A DNA stretch of 24,000 nt from Candidatus Thioglobus perditus. GTDB taxonomy: Bacteria; Pseudomonadota; Gammaproteobacteria; PS1; Pseudothioglobaceae. A model generated the notes under the pieces. The model saw only the letters and a list, made by a program, of their open reading frames with translations, ran no database searches and was not told where the DNA came from. Below, piece after piece: positions 8,694-18,494 of the stretch. Each line of letters begins with the position of its first letter. Positions within the stretch are counted from its first letter, which is position 1. The stretch lies in the NCBI GenBank assembly GCA_002909145.1, contig PNQY01000179.1, positions 10,939 to 34,938 on the forward strand, given 5' to 3'. A program made the translations under genes and the position numbers.

Positions 8694-9479
8694 ATGATTT
8701 TATCTTACCTTACTATTAGTGCATATTTGCTCTCAACATTACTGCTAGCGCGCTATTTCACTAAAAATAAAGTACAGCATCAACATTACCAGACTATCAC
8801 TTTATTAATTAGTTTTGCAATTATTACACATGCACTTAACTTTACTAATTTTTGGAATTCAGAAGGAATTGTATTTGGACTGGCAAATAGTGCGTCTTTT
8901 GTAGCGTGGTTAATTGCAGCTCTATTGTTTATTTCGTCAACCTCAAAAGCTGTACACGCTCTAGGAATTTTAGTCTATCCAATAGTTGCAGCAGTACTTG
9001 CTTTTAGTCTTTTGTTTCCTGATACTGATGAAAAAGTAATTCCACTAAGTATTGCCTCGCATGTATTTTTATCCATTACTGCATATGCCCTTCTTGCACT
9101 AGCAGTATGCCAATCCATACTACTGAAAATTCAAGATCAACACTTGCATGAGCACAAAATTAATGGCTTTATTAATAAACTACCGCCTTTGCAAACTATG
9201 GAGGCATTATTGTTTCAGAGCTTAAGAATTGGTTTTTACTTACTAACCCTGTCATTAATAACAGGGTTTATATTTATTGATGATTTATTCCAACAACAAA
9301 TAGCACACAAAACAATTTTATCAATTGTTGCTTGGATTGTTTTTGCCATACTAATATCTGGTAGAAAAATATTTGGCTGGAGGGGTAAGCAAGCCACAAT
9401 AGCAACACAATTTGGATTTGGGCTTTTGGTGATTGCTTATTTTGGCTCTAAATTTGTTTTAGAAAGATTGCTAACCTAA
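8694..9479 (+). CDS. ypjD: CcsA/YpjD-family inner-membrane protein (cytochrome c assembly protein family)
   Basis: 261 aa with about 8 TM segments. It is divergent from ffh, as ypjD is in E. coli, and has the C-terminal block HKTILSIVAWIVFAILISGRKIFGWRGKQA typical of this family. Confidence 0.7.
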   Translation: MILSYLTISAYLLSTLLLARYFTKNKVQHQHYQTITLLISFAIITHALNFTNFWNSEGIVFGLANSASFVAWLIAALLFISSTSKAVHALGILVYPIVAAVLAFSLLFPDTDEKVIPLSIASHVFLSITAYALLALAVCQSILLKIQDQHLHEHKINGFINKLPPLQTMEALLFQSLRIGFYLLTLSLITGFIFIDDLFQQQIAHKTILSIVAWIVFAILISGRKIFGWRGKQATIATQFGFGLLVIAYFGSKFVLERLLT

Positions 9480-9500
9480 GTAACAGGTAAGCACTTTTAT

Positions 9501-11288
9501 TTAGTCAATATGTAGGACCGCTAGAAAGGCTTCTTGAGGGATATCCACCCTACCAACACTACGCATACGCTTTTTACCTTTTTTCTGCTTATCAAGCAAT
9601 TTACGCTTACGTGACACATCACCGCCATAACATTTTGCAGTTACATTTTTTCTTAGGGCTTTAACATTAGTACGAGAAATAATCTTAGATCCGATACAAG
9701 CCTGAATAGCCACATCAAACATCTGACGCGGGATTAATTCTTTCATCTTTTCTGCAATTTCTCTACCTTTGCGTACAGAGTCTTCACGATGAATAATAAG
9801 TGCTAGAGCGTCAACCGTTTCACCATTAATCATAATATCTAGGCGAATAAGGTCAGATTCTTGGTAACGTTCAAATTGATAATCCATAGATGCGAATCCA
9901 CGCGATACAGATTTAAGCCTGTCAAAGAAATCTAATACAACCTCATTAAGCGGTAATTCATATACAAGTGATACCTGCCTACCCATATAGGTGATATTTT
10001 TTTGCACTCCTCGTTTTTCCACACATAGACTAATTACCGCACCAACATATTCATCAGTAACTAGAATATTAGCAGTAATAATTGGCTCTCTGAATTCGGC
10101 TATTGATTGATTTATTGGCATTTTTGATGGGCTATCAACTCTATGTACTCCACCTTTAGTATCAACAATTTCATAAATAACTGTAGGTGCGGTGGTAATT
10201 AAATCAAGATCATATTCACGCTCTAAGCGCTCTTGAATAATTTCCATATGCAACAAACCTAAAAATCCGATGCGAAATCCAAATCCTAACGCGTCAGAGT
10301 TCTCTGGCTCATATTGTAGTGCTGCATCATTTAGACGCAATTTTGCTAAAGCATCACGGAATTTTTCATAATCCTCTCCGGATATTGGAAATAGTCCTGC
10401 AAACACTCTTGGCTGAACCGGCTTAAATCCTTCTAGCGGCTCTAATGTGGAGTCTTTAGCACCTGTTATAGTGTCACCTACAGGAGCTCCATCAATATTC
10501 TTAATACTAGCAATTAAAAAACCAACCTCACCAGCCTTAAGACTTTCTGTTTTTGTACGCTTAGGGGTAAATACACCAACCTCATCTACCAAGTGATCTT
10601 CACCATTAGAAAAAACTTTAATCTTGGTTTTGGCTTTAATTTCACCATCAATAACACGAATTAAAGAAACCACACCTAAATAATTGTCAAACCATGAGTC
10701 AATAATAAGAGCCTTGATTGGGGCATCAGGATTGCCTTCTGGAGCTGGAATTTTTTCAACAATCTGCTCTAAAATATCTTCAATACCAATACCTGACTTA
10801 GCGCTTGCATGTACAGCATCGTGCGCTTCAACACCAATAACATCTTCAATTTCATCCACCACACGATCAGGATCAGCGGCAGGAAGATCGATTTTATTAA
10901 GAACCGGAACAACCTCCAGGCCTTGGTCTAATGCAGTGTAACAATTAGCAACAGTTTGCGCTTCAACGCCCTGAGAGGCATCTACAATTAACAAAGCCCC
11001 TTCACACGCAGATAGTGAGCGTGATACCTCATAAGAAAAATCTACATGACCCGGAGTATCAATAAAATTAAGCTGGTATATTTCTCCATTTTTATCTGTG
11101 TAATCAAGAGTTACACTTTGAGATTTAATAGTAATACCTCGCTCTTTTTCAATATCCATAGAGTCAAGAACCTGAGATGACATCTCACGATCGCTTAATC
11201 CACCACAAAACTGAATAAACCTATCAGCTATGGTTGATTTTCCATGGTCAATGTGGGCAATAATTGAAAAATTGCGGATGTTTTTCAT
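9501..11288 (-). CDS. lepA: translation elongation factor 4 (LepA)
   Basis: 595 aa. GTPase motifs [17 protein letters not shown] and NKIDLP are present, and the C-terminal domain is conserved through to ...[12 protein letters not shown]. Confidence 0.97.
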   Translation of the reverse strand: MKNIRNFSIIAHIDHGKSTIADRFIQFCGGLSDREMSSQVLDSMDIEKERGITIKSQSVTLDYTDKNGEIYQLNFIDTPGHVDFSYEVSRSLSACEGALLIVDASQGVEAQTVANCYTALDQGLEVVPVLNKIDLPAADPDRVVDEIEDVIGVEAHDAVHASAKSGIGIEDILEQIVEKIPAPEGNPDAPIKALIIDSWFDNYLGVVSLIRVIDGEIKAKTKIKVFSNGEDHLVDEVGVFTPKRTKTESLKAGEVGFLIASIKNIDGAPVGDTITGAKDSTLEPLEGFKPVQPRVFAGLFPISGEDYEKFRDALAKLRLNDAALQYEPENSDALGFGFRIGFLGLLHMEIIQERLEREYDLDLITTAPTVIYEIVDTKGGVHRVDSPSKMPINQSIAEFREPIITANILVTDEYVGAVISLCVEKRGVQKNITYMGRQVSLVYELPLNEVVLDFFDRLKSVSRGFASMDYQFERYQESDLIRLDIMINGETVDALALIIHREDSVRKGREIAEKMKELIPRQMFDVAIQACIGSKIISRTNVKALRKNVTAKCYGGDVSRKRKLLDKQKKGKKRMRSVGRVDIPQEAFLAVLHID

Positions 11289-11330
11289 ATGATAAAATAG
11301 ATTTTTTTAAGTCGAGTCATTATACAGTCA

Positions 11331-11780
11331 ATGGATAAAGTTCAAGCAATTACCTGTAAAGCCACCAGTGATTTAGAAGTTAGCATTCCTGATAATGAAG
11401 GCAGGAATGTTGTCTTGTACTTTTATCCAAAAGATTCAACCCCAGGGTGCACTACTGAAGGGCAAGATTTTAGAGATAATCACCAAGCATTTATAGATTC
11501 AAACACAGTTGTATATGGCGTAAGTCGTGACAAAATGAAATCTCATGAAAACTTTAAAGCTAAGCAAAGCTTTCCATTTGAGTTAATTAGCGACCCTGAT
11601 GAAACATTGTGTAATCTATTTGGTGTTATTCAACTCAAAAAACTATACGGACGCGAATATATGGGTATTGTAAGATCAACTTTTTTAATTGATAAGAATG
11701 GTAATATTATTAAACACTGGGATAAAGTGAAAGTTAAAGGTCATGTTGATGAAGTCCTTGAACAGGTAAACAAATTATGA
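11331..11780 (+). CDS. bcp: peroxiredoxin Bcp/PrxQ (thiol peroxidase)
   Basis: 149 aa with the peroxidatic motif [14 protein letters not shown]. The residue at +5 from the peroxidatic Cys is Gln rather than Cys. The stop overlaps the ubiG ATG (ATGA). Confidence 0.85.
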   Translation: MDKVQAITCKATSDLEVSIPDNEGRNVVLYFYPKDSTPGCTTEGQDFRDNHQAFIDSNTVVYGVSRDKMKSHENFKAKQSFPFELISDPDETLCNLFGVIQLKKLYGREYMGIVRSTFLIDKNGNIIKHWDKVKVKGHVDEVLEQVNKL

Positions 11781-12475
11781 GCAATGTAGATTTTAATGAA
11801 GTAGATAAGTTCGCACAACTAGCTTCACGCTGGTGGGATAAAGACTCCGAGTTTAAACCATTACACGATATAAACCCGCTAAGGTTAAAATACATCAAAG
11901 AGCAAGTCAGCGAACCTCTAAAAGATAAGAAAATTCTAGATGTTGGCTGTGGTGGTGGCATATTAAGTGAGGCAATGGCACTTGAAGGAGCGAACGTTAC
12001 TGGTATTGATATGGCTGAAGCCGGACTAGAAGTCGCAAAACTTCACTTGCTTGAATCTGAGCTTAATATCGATTATCACAAGATTCCAGTTGAAGAATTT
12101 GCAGAGCAGCACCCCGGTAGTTTTGACTTGGTAACCTGTCTTGAAATGCTAGAACACGTGCCTGATCCAAGTTCAATTATTAAAGCCTGTGCAAAATTAG
12201 TAAAGCCTGGAGGCCAGGTATTTTTCTCCACCATTAATCGCAATACCAAATCTTATCTATTTGCTATTATTGGTGCTGAATATATTCTTAAACTTCTACC
12301 TCAAGGCACGCATGACTTTGACAAATTTATTCAACCAGCTGAAATAGATGAATGGGCTAGAGAATCTAGCCTTGCACTTAAAAGTATGATTGGCATGACT
12401 TATAATCCACTAACTAAAGTATATAAACTAGAGAATGATGTTAGTGTTAACTACTTATGCTCTTACAGTAAGTAA
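11777..12475 (+). CDS. ubiG: ubiquinone biosynthesis O-methyltransferase UbiG
   Basis: 232 aa. N-terminal [29 protein letters not shown], the SAM-binding motif [13 protein letters not shown], and [10 protein letters not shown]. Confidence 0.9.
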   Translation: MSNVDFNEVDKFAQLASRWWDKDSEFKPLHDINPLRLKYIKEQVSEPLKDKKILDVGCGGGILSEAMALEGANVTGIDMAEAGLEVAKLHLLESELNIDYHKIPVEEFAEQHPGSFDLVTCLEMLEHVPDPSSIIKACAKLVKPGGQVFFSTINRNTKSYLFAIIGAEYILKLLPQGTHDFDKFIQPAEIDEWARESSLALKSMIGMTYNPLTKVYKLENDVSVNYLCSYSK

Positions 12476-12489
12476 GGCATTTGATTCTA

Positions 12490-12519
12490 AATCTATATTA
12501 TTGATTTTTAATATAGATT
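12490..12519. repeat. perfect 11-bp inverted repeat (aatctatatta / taatatagatt) with an 8-nt spacer
   Basis: Read directly: 12490-12500 is the reverse complement of 12509-12519. It lies between the ubiG stop and the hydrolase start. The stem is almost all A/T and no T-tract follows, so it could be a weak terminator or an operator. Confidence 0.4.
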
Positions 12520-12527
12520 GATGTAGA

Positions 12528-13256
12528 ATGGCAAGTATGAGAAAAATACTTGCTAGCATTTTATTATTTATATCTATCAATTCATTTGCAGATGTTGTTG
12601 TCTTAGTGCATGGATATGATAGCAAGCCAAGCGTCTGGTTAAAACACGGAATATACCAAAACCTTAGCCAAAAGTTTAATAATAAGCACGTTATCTATAC
12701 TGCACAGCTGCCGAATAAAGCTCCTATTGCTATACAGGCAAATATTCTATCCAAACAATTAGAAGGATTAAAAAAGCAATACAATCAGCCAATTATTCTG
12801 GTTGGACATTCGGCTGGTGGAGTTGTAGCTAGATACCTAACAGTACATAGGAAGGGCCTAAACATTAAAGGATTAATTACTATATCTGCACCACACCTAG
12901 GCTCAAACTTAGCATTTGTTAGCAATATTGTTAGCGGTGTTGTGCCGTTTACCAGTATTATTCCAGTGTTTGATTCTTTGGATGAGGCTAAAGGCTTATA
13001 TGGCAATATTCGTAGAAGGTCAATCTTCTTAAAACAACTAAATCATCAACAACACCCAGATATTTGCTACGTATCTATTATTCGTGAAAAGTCATTAGTT
13101 AGTGATATGGTAAGTATGCAGCACTCTCAAAATATGAACAGTGTTCCGGCACTTAGAGGCAAGTCTTACGTAATAGGATCACACAAACATCATAGTTTAA
13201 ATAGATTTGATACAAACCGCATCGTCCAAGCTATTAATGTGTGTGATAAAAAATAA
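12528..13256 (+). CDS. secreted alpha/beta-fold hydrolase (esterase/lipase-like)
   Basis: 242 aa with a signal peptide (MRKILASILLFISINSFA; the start may be the ATG at 12537). VVLVHGY oxyanion-type block and GHSAGG nucleophile elbow. The substrate is unknown. Confidence 0.6.
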   Translation: MASMRKILASILLFISINSFADVVVLVHGYDSKPSVWLKHGIYQNLSQKFNNKHVIYTAQLPNKAPIAIQANILSKQLEGLKKQYNQPIILVGHSAGGVVARYLTVHRKGLNIKGLITISAPHLGSNLAFVSNIVSGVVPFTSIIPVFDSLDEAKGLYGNIRRRSIFLKQLNHQQHPDICYVSIIREKSLVSDMVSMQHSQNMNSVPALRGKSYVIGSHKHHSLNRFDTNRIVQAINVCDKK

Positions 13257-13272
13257 ATCTATAAACCAGATC

Positions 13273-13656
13273 TTAATCAACAGTTTCTAGAACCACAAAT
13301 GCAACTGCATTGTACTTCTCATCAGACAGGCTTAGATGCGCATGCTTAATATCTTTATTTAACAAGTGTAATCGTAATTTCTCACTAGGAATAAAGTAAG
13401 GTTTACCTTCTTCATTATTGCGTACAGTTAAATCTTGAAAGCTAACAATTTTGCCGATTCCGGTGCCTAGGGCTTTAGCAAATGCCTCCTTAGCGGCAAA
13501 GCGTTTTGCACAGTATGAAGCGCTGTCGCCCTTGTTTGCAAATAAAGCCCGCTCATGCTCTGAGAGTACACGCCTAATAAAGCCGTCCTTATTTTTATTA
13601 AGTATCTGCTCAACACGTTCAATATTAATAATATCTGTACCAACCCCAAATATCAC
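13273..13656 (-). CDS. acpS: holo-[acyl-carrier-protein] synthase (AcpS)
   Basis: 127 aa with GTG start overlapping the pdxJ stop (GTGA). Motifs [14 protein letters not shown] and [16 protein letters not shown]. Confidence 0.9.
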   Translation of the reverse strand: MIFGVGTDIINIERVEQILNKNKDGFIRRVLSEHERALFANKGDSASYCAKRFAAKEAFAKALGTGIGKIVSFQDLTVRNNEEGKPYFIPSEKLRLHLLNKDIKHAHLSLSDEKYNAVAFVVLETVD

Positions 13657-14378
13657 TTTCTTGCTCCTAATATTAATTCTTTCATTTCACGTGTAGCAGA
13701 CTCAAGACCAACAAACACAGCTCTAGCAATAATAGAATGACCAATATTAAGTTCTACAATTTCTGGTAGCTTTGCAATTGCAAGAGTATTTTCCATTGTT
13801 AACCCATGTCCAGCATTGACTTGCAAACCAATAGAGTGCGCATAAGTTGCCATTTCTTTAATTCGTATAAATTCTGCTTGTTGTTCATCACCTGTAGTGT
13901 CTGCATAATGCCCAGTATGAAGCTCGATAACTGGAGCGCCACATTCAAGTGCCGCATCAATTTGATCTTTTTGTGCATCAATAAATAATGATACAACCAC
14001 ATTAGACTCGCCTAGCTGAGCACAGACATCGCTCATTCTATTAATTTGTGAGGCAACATCAAGACCACCTTCTGTGGTTAACTCCTCGCGCTTTTCCGGC
14101 ACCAAACAACAGTCTTGTGGCTTAATTTTGCTAGCTATTGAAACCATTTCATCAGTGGCAGCCATCTCTAGATTCATTTTTGTAGTTAATTTATTGCGCA
14201 AAATCTCAACATCAATGTCTTGGATATGACGCCTATCTTCACGCAAATGCAAAGTTATACTGTCTGCACCAGATTTTTCACATAACAAGGCGCCTTCAAC
14301 AGGTGAGGGATAATCTGTACCTCTGGCCTGTCTTAAAGTTGCAATATGATCAATGTTAACACCTAGATAAATACTCAC
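13653..14378 (-). CDS. pdxJ: pyridoxine 5'-phosphate synthase (PdxJ)
   Basis: 241 aa with GTG start. Motifs [36 protein letters not shown] and VNAGHGL. Confidence 0.95.
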   Translation of the reverse strand: MSIYLGVNIDHIATLRQARGTDYPSPVEGALLCEKSGADSITLHLREDRRHIQDIDVEILRNKLTTKMNLEMAATDEMVSIASKIKPQDCCLVPEKREELTTEGGLDVASQINRMSDVCAQLGESNVVVSLFIDAQKDQIDAALECGAPVIELHTGHYADTTGDEQQAEFIRIKEMATYAHSIGLQVNAGHGLTMENTLAIAKLPEIVELNIGHSIIARAVFVGLESATREMKELILGARK

Positions 14379-14379
14379 C

Positions 14380-15072
14380 TTAACCCCTAGTAAAAAATAA
14401 AGACCTGCTCTTTAGTGGCTTGTTGCCTAATAAAAAACCTAAGCGCTGTCTATTTAAATCTCTACATACCTTTAATTGTTCCAAATTTGGAATATTATCA
14501 ATATCCTCAATTAACAATTGGTTTAATAATTTTCCGGATATTTTACCAGTATGGCTTTGTGCAAAACCTAATTGCGATTGATATTCATAATTCATATCTT
14601 GATTAATATTATTGCCATTAATATCATTTGCAAAATCCAGTGCATAACCAAGCTCAGATAATAAGTTGTTCTCAAACAATCTTAATGACCAATGATTAAA
14701 CCGGCCCTCTAAAGAAGATATTCTACTTATAAATTGCTGGTAGACCTTAAATAGCTTAATATGCTGGTCTTGATCAAACAACAATCTAGATATTAGCTCA
14801 TTGGCATACATTCCTAATATTAACCCCTCACCTTTCAAACTTCTAGGAATATCATCAACCTCCCAATTGCTTATAGTTTTCAGCTCCCCTTTTCCAGAAA
14901 ATGAGATATTGAGATGCTGAAACATTTGAATATTGGTTTTTGATCCCCTAAGACCTCTACCAACCAGACGAATCTTGCCATATTCGTAAGTAAAAAAATC
15001 AAGCAGTAGCGAATTATTCTTGAAAGCTCGACGATGAATTAAAAAAGCTGGAGTAAGGTCAACTTTATTCAT
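14380..15072 (-). CDS. recO: DNA repair protein RecO
   Basis: 230 aa. N-terminal OB-fold-like block ([33 protein letters not shown]) and the canonical position between era and pdxJ. Confidence 0.85.
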   Translation of the reverse strand: MNKVDLTPAFLIHRRAFKNNSLLLDFFTYEYGKIRLVGRGLRGSKTNIQMFQHLNISFSGKGELKTISNWEVDDIPRSLKGEGLILGMYANELISRLLFDQDQHIKLFKVYQQFISRISSLEGRFNHWSLRLFENNLLSELGYALDFANDINGNNINQDMNYEYQSQLGFAQSHTGKISGKLLNQLLIEDIDNIPNLEQLKVCRDLNRQRLGFLLGNKPLKSRSLFFTRG

Positions 15073-15082
15073 TTAATAGTGT

Positions 15083-15967
15083 TTAATCGTAACCTAACGA
15101 AGCCAATGCACGCTTGTCATCTGACCAGCCGCTTGACACTTTTACCCATAATTTAAGAAAGACTTTTCTTTCTAGAAACCCTTCTATGCTCTTGCGTGCT
15201 TCGGTACCTATTAATTTAAGCATTTCACCTTTATTGCCAATTACAATATTTTTTTGCGACTCTTTGTCAACAAAAATACGCGCAGATATTCTTTGCATAT
15301 TACCATCTAACTCAAACTGTTCAATTTCCACAGTAAGGTCATATGGCAATTCATCTTCTAAATGACGCATAAGCTTTTCTCTAATAAACTCAGCAACAAT
15401 AAATTTTTCACTTCTATCAGTTATATAGTCTGGATCGAAAATAACACCTTGCTCTGGCAAATGCCTCAATAGCAATTTTCTTAATGCAATCGTGTCCTTT
15501 TTCCTAAATGCAGAAAGTGGAAACATATCTGTTGGCTGATATTTTTCAGATATTTTCTCTAAAAATGGCAGTACACTTTGTGGAGAGGCTAAGTTGTCAA
15601 TCTTATTAATACACAAGATAACCGGCACATCAACTTGAGACACATGTTCCAAAACTCGCATATCTTCTTTTGTCCATTTTCCAGCCTCAATTAACCAAAG
15701 AATCATATCAACATCTTTAATGCTGGAGCTTGCCGCCCTATTCATGTAAGAGTTAATGGCTTTTTTGTTGCCCATATGAATACCAGGAGTATCAACAAAT
15801 ACCATTTGATAATCATCACTAGTATCAATTGCATGAATACGATGCCTTGTGGTTTGTGGACGATGCGAAGTGATAGATAATTTTTGACCAATCAACTCGT
15901 TAATGAGCGTAGATTTACCAACATTTGGACGCCCTACTACTGCAATAAAACCAGACTTAAAACTCAT
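15083..15967 (-). CDS. era: GTPase Era
   Basis: 294 aa. Motifs GRPNVGKSTL, DTPG and NKID, with a C-terminal KH domain (VIGNKGEMLKLIG). Confidence 0.96.
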   Translation of the reverse strand: MSFKSGFIAVVGRPNVGKSTLINELIGQKLSITSHRPQTTRHRIHAIDTSDDYQMVFVDTPGIHMGNKKAINSYMNRAASSSIKDVDMILWLIEAGKWTKEDMRVLEHVSQVDVPVILCINKIDNLASPQSVLPFLEKISEKYQPTDMFPLSAFRKKDTIALRKLLLRHLPEQGVIFDPDYITDRSEKFIVAEFIREKLMRHLEDELPYDLTVEIEQFELDGNMQRISARIFVDKESQKNIVIGNKGEMLKLIGTEARKSIEGFLERKVFLKLWVKVSSGWSDDKRALASLGYD

Positions 15968-15969
15968 AA

Positions 15970-16686
15970 TTATTTAGCTTCCTTTAATTTATCTAGTAAT
16001 ATTTGAGCACATGATTGTTCAGCTCTTTTAATACTTTTGGCTTTTTGGTCCACTTGTATGTTTTGATCTTTTAAATAGCAGTTGATCGTAAAAACAGCAT
16101 TGTGATCCTTGCCAACTGTTTTCGTTAGCTCGTATTTTGGTAGTGCTTTACCTCTTTTTTGCAAATACTCTTGCAACTGGGTTTTTGGATCTTTAAGTGA
16201 ATCATTTGGATTTATATCTTTTAACAAATCTTTAAATAAATTCAGAATTACAGTGTTAGTAGTTTCAAAATCAGCATCTAATAGCACAGCCCCAAAAATA
16301 GCCTCTACCGCATCCGCCTGAATAGATTCGCGACGATAGCCACCGCTTTTCAACTCACCAGCACCTAGGATTAAAATATCTGACAACTCTAATGATGAGC
16401 CTAATTGAGCAAGAGTTTTACCTCTAACCAAATGCGATCTTAACCTAGAAAGCTTACCTTCATCAACATCTGGAAAGCGTTTATACAATTCACGAGAAAT
16501 TACAATACCCAAAACACTGTCACCCAAGAACTCGAGGCGTTCATTATTATTCTTGCCTATACTGCGGTGCGTAAGTGCAAGTTTTAATAAGGACAAATCC
16601 TTAAACTGATAATTAATTTTATTTTGTAATTTTTCCACTACTTTGTATTGGGTTTTAATGCATTTAATGCGTCTATAATTAACCAA
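15970..16686 (-). CDS. rnc: ribonuclease III
   Basis: RNase III signature NERLEFLGDSVLG and a C-terminal dsRNA-binding domain. The track start is TTG at 16686. An in-frame GTG at 16638 would give a more canonical N-terminus (MEKLQNKINYQF...), so the start is uncertain. Confidence 0.9.
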   Translation of the reverse strand: MVNYRRIKCIKTQYKVVEKLQNKINYQFKDLSLLKLALTHRSIGKNNNERLEFLGDSVLGIVISRELYKRFPDVDEGKLSRLRSHLVRGKTLAQLGSSLELSDILILGAGELKSGGYRRESIQADAVEAIFGAVLLDADFETTNTVILNLFKDLLKDINPNDSLKDPKTQLQEYLQKRGKALPKYELTKTVGKDHNAVFTINCYLKDQNIQVDQKAKSIKRAEQSCAQILLDKLKEAK

Positions 16687-16720
16687 TATTATAACTCAAG
16701 CTAATAATTAACTATTAACC

Positions 16721-17392
16721 ATGTTTTGGCAAGAAGACTCTAAAAAGCAACATTTTACTCTGCCTGATACCATACAAGATGCAGTGTTTAATATACATTC
16801 TAAAGTTCTACCAATTGATCATAGTTTTTTATTATCACAGGCACTTCTAAATCACCTTCCATGGCTGGAAGAGGTTAATGCAGGTGTGCACAGTATTGGT
16901 GTGCACGATGGCAATGGATGGAAGCAAGACCATAAAAATGGGCTTTACTACCCCTCTAGACGCTCTAAATTAGTCATTAGGATGCCAAAAGAAAATCTTA
17001 TTGAGGCTAATAAGCTTGTTGGAAAAACTCTAGACTTAGGTAAATATAAAATAGATATAGTTAAAGCATTAAAACCAAAACTACTTAGTAGTATGCAAGT
17101 TGTCTTTGCAAAAGCTGTAGCCTGTGATCAGAACACAGACGAGGATGACTTTCTACAAACCTCATACAATCAACTTAAAGATTTAGGCATTCAACCTAAA
17201 AAAATGCTTGCAGGACTTGAGAGTAGTATTAAAACCGATACAGCAAGTTTGCATGCTAGATCTTTAATGGTTGCAGACCTTACTAAACAAGAATCAGTAA
17301 AACTACAAGAGCACGGCATTGGAAAACACAGGTTGCTTGGCTGTGGCTTATTTATTCCACATAAAGATATTGAAAGTGCTGATGAATCTTAA
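16721..17392 (+). CDS. stand-alone Cas6/Cmx6-like RAMP-superfamily protein (COG5551-like; older annotations say 'DNA repair protein')
   Basis: 223 aa. From memory it resembles proteins annotated 'type I-MYXAN CRISPR-associated protein Cas6/Cmx6', which start M.WQED and end ...GCG.F.PHK. A C-terminal glycine-rich loop GIGKHRLLGCG (G-x-G-x5-G-x-G, nt 17315-17347) is the RAMP hallmark. No array or other cas genes are nearby. This needs HMM confirmation. Confidence 0.5.
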   Translation: MFWQEDSKKQHFTLPDTIQDAVFNIHSKVLPIDHSFLLSQALLNHLPWLEEVNAGVHSIGVHDGNGWKQDHKNGLYYPSRRSKLVIRMPKENLIEANKLVGKTLDLGKYKIDIVKALKPKLLSSMQVVFAKAVACDQNTDEDDFLQTSYNQLKDLGIQPKKMLAGLESSIKTDTASLHARSLMVADLTKQESVKLQEHGIGKHRLLGCGLFIPHKDIESADES

Positions 17393-17456
17393 CTTGCTTT
17401 AATTAACACCTAGCATTACAATTTATACACCTACATACAACCACTGGGGAGAGGTT

Positions 17457-18488
17457 ATGCGTTTATTAATATTAGCTTTACTAATATTTACATCATTTTT
17501 ATCTACAGCTGCAGAACATAAAAAGGAAGGCGATTTCCTAGGTGCAAAAATAGTTGATGAGTTGCCAAATTGGTTTAAGTCCACATTTATGGATTTCTCT
17601 GAAGACTTAGAAGAAGCCGCGGATGAAGACCGTCATATTATGATTTACTTTCATCAAAATGGCTGTCCATACTGCGCTAAATTAGTAGAAGACAATTTTC
17701 ATGATGAAAAATTGGTTGCAAAATTACAAAAAGATTTTGATGTAATTGAAACCAATATGTGGGGTGATCGTGAACTTACCGATTGGACTGGAGAGGAGTT
17801 TAGTGAAAAAGAATTTTCAATCAAAATGAAAATTCAATTTACACCTACTTTAATATTTTTAAATTCAAAAGGTAAAAGTGTTTTAAGATTAAATGGCTAT
17901 CAGTCTATTGAGAAAATGCAGGCTACACTTGATTACATCTCCGGCAAGAATTATCTTAATCAATCTTATGCAAAATACATTAATAATCTAAAGAAAAATA
18001 AATCTGGCAAGCTTAATCAAAACTCTATTTTTGAGACTGGACCGCATATGCTATCACGCAATCAAAATATGCCAGCAAGCAAATATTTAGCTGTATTTTT
18101 TGAAGAGCCAAATTGTAGTGAGTGTGATTCTTTTTATCAAAATCTAATGCCACTTGATAAAACACAGGATTATTTGAAGAAAATGCAAGTCGTACGCTTT
18201 AACGCTCTATCCAATGAAAAACTCATAACACCAAATGGCAAGCTTACCACCGCTAAAGATTGGTACGACGAGTTAAAACTAACTTACAAGCCAGCTATTG
18301 TATTTTTTGATAAAAATGGATCTGAAATTATTAGAAAAGACGCATATTTCAAACAATTTCACTTTCATAGTATTATGACTTATGTGTTGACAGAGTCTTA
18401 CAAAACACAACCAAGTTTTCAGCGCTACATTGAGCACAAAGCTGACAAGATAAGAGAGCAAGGAATAACTGTTAATATTTGGGAATAA
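17457..18488 (+). CDS. secreted protein with two thioredoxin-like folds (CPYC and CSEC motifs)
   Basis: 343 aa with a good SD (GGGGAGAGG) and a signal peptide (MRLLILALLIFTSFLSTAA). Domain 1 is IMIYFHQNGCPYCAKL with a cis-Pro loop at FTPTLIF. Domain 2 is LAVFFEEPNCSECDSF with KPAIVFF. It is SoxW/DsbD-gamma-like by eye. Confidence 0.65.
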   Translation: MRLLILALLIFTSFLSTAAEHKKEGDFLGAKIVDELPNWFKSTFMDFSEDLEEAADEDRHIMIYFHQNGCPYCAKLVEDNFHDEKLVAKLQKDFDVIETNMWGDRELTDWTGEEFSEKEFSIKMKIQFTPTLIFLNSKGKSVLRLNGYQSIEKMQATLDYISGKNYLNQSYAKYINNLKKNKSGKLNQNSIFETGPHMLSRNQNMPASKYLAVFFEEPNCSECDSFYQNLMPLDKTQDYLKKMQVVRFNALSNEKLITPNGKLTTAKDWYDELKLTYKPAIVFFDKNGSEIIRKDAYFKQFHFHSIMTYVLTESYKTQPSFQRYIEHKADKIREQGITVNIWE

Positions 18489-18494
18489 TATAAT

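Noticed and set aside
16687-18494. A search for a CRISPR repeat-spacer array or cas genes around the Cas6-like gene, and across the whole window.
   Set aside because: No run of regularly spaced 24-40-bp direct repeats is visible in any intergenic region. Intergenic spacers here are only 6-65 nt. The only notable direct repeat in the window is the 91-bp pair at 20.5 and 22.9 kb.
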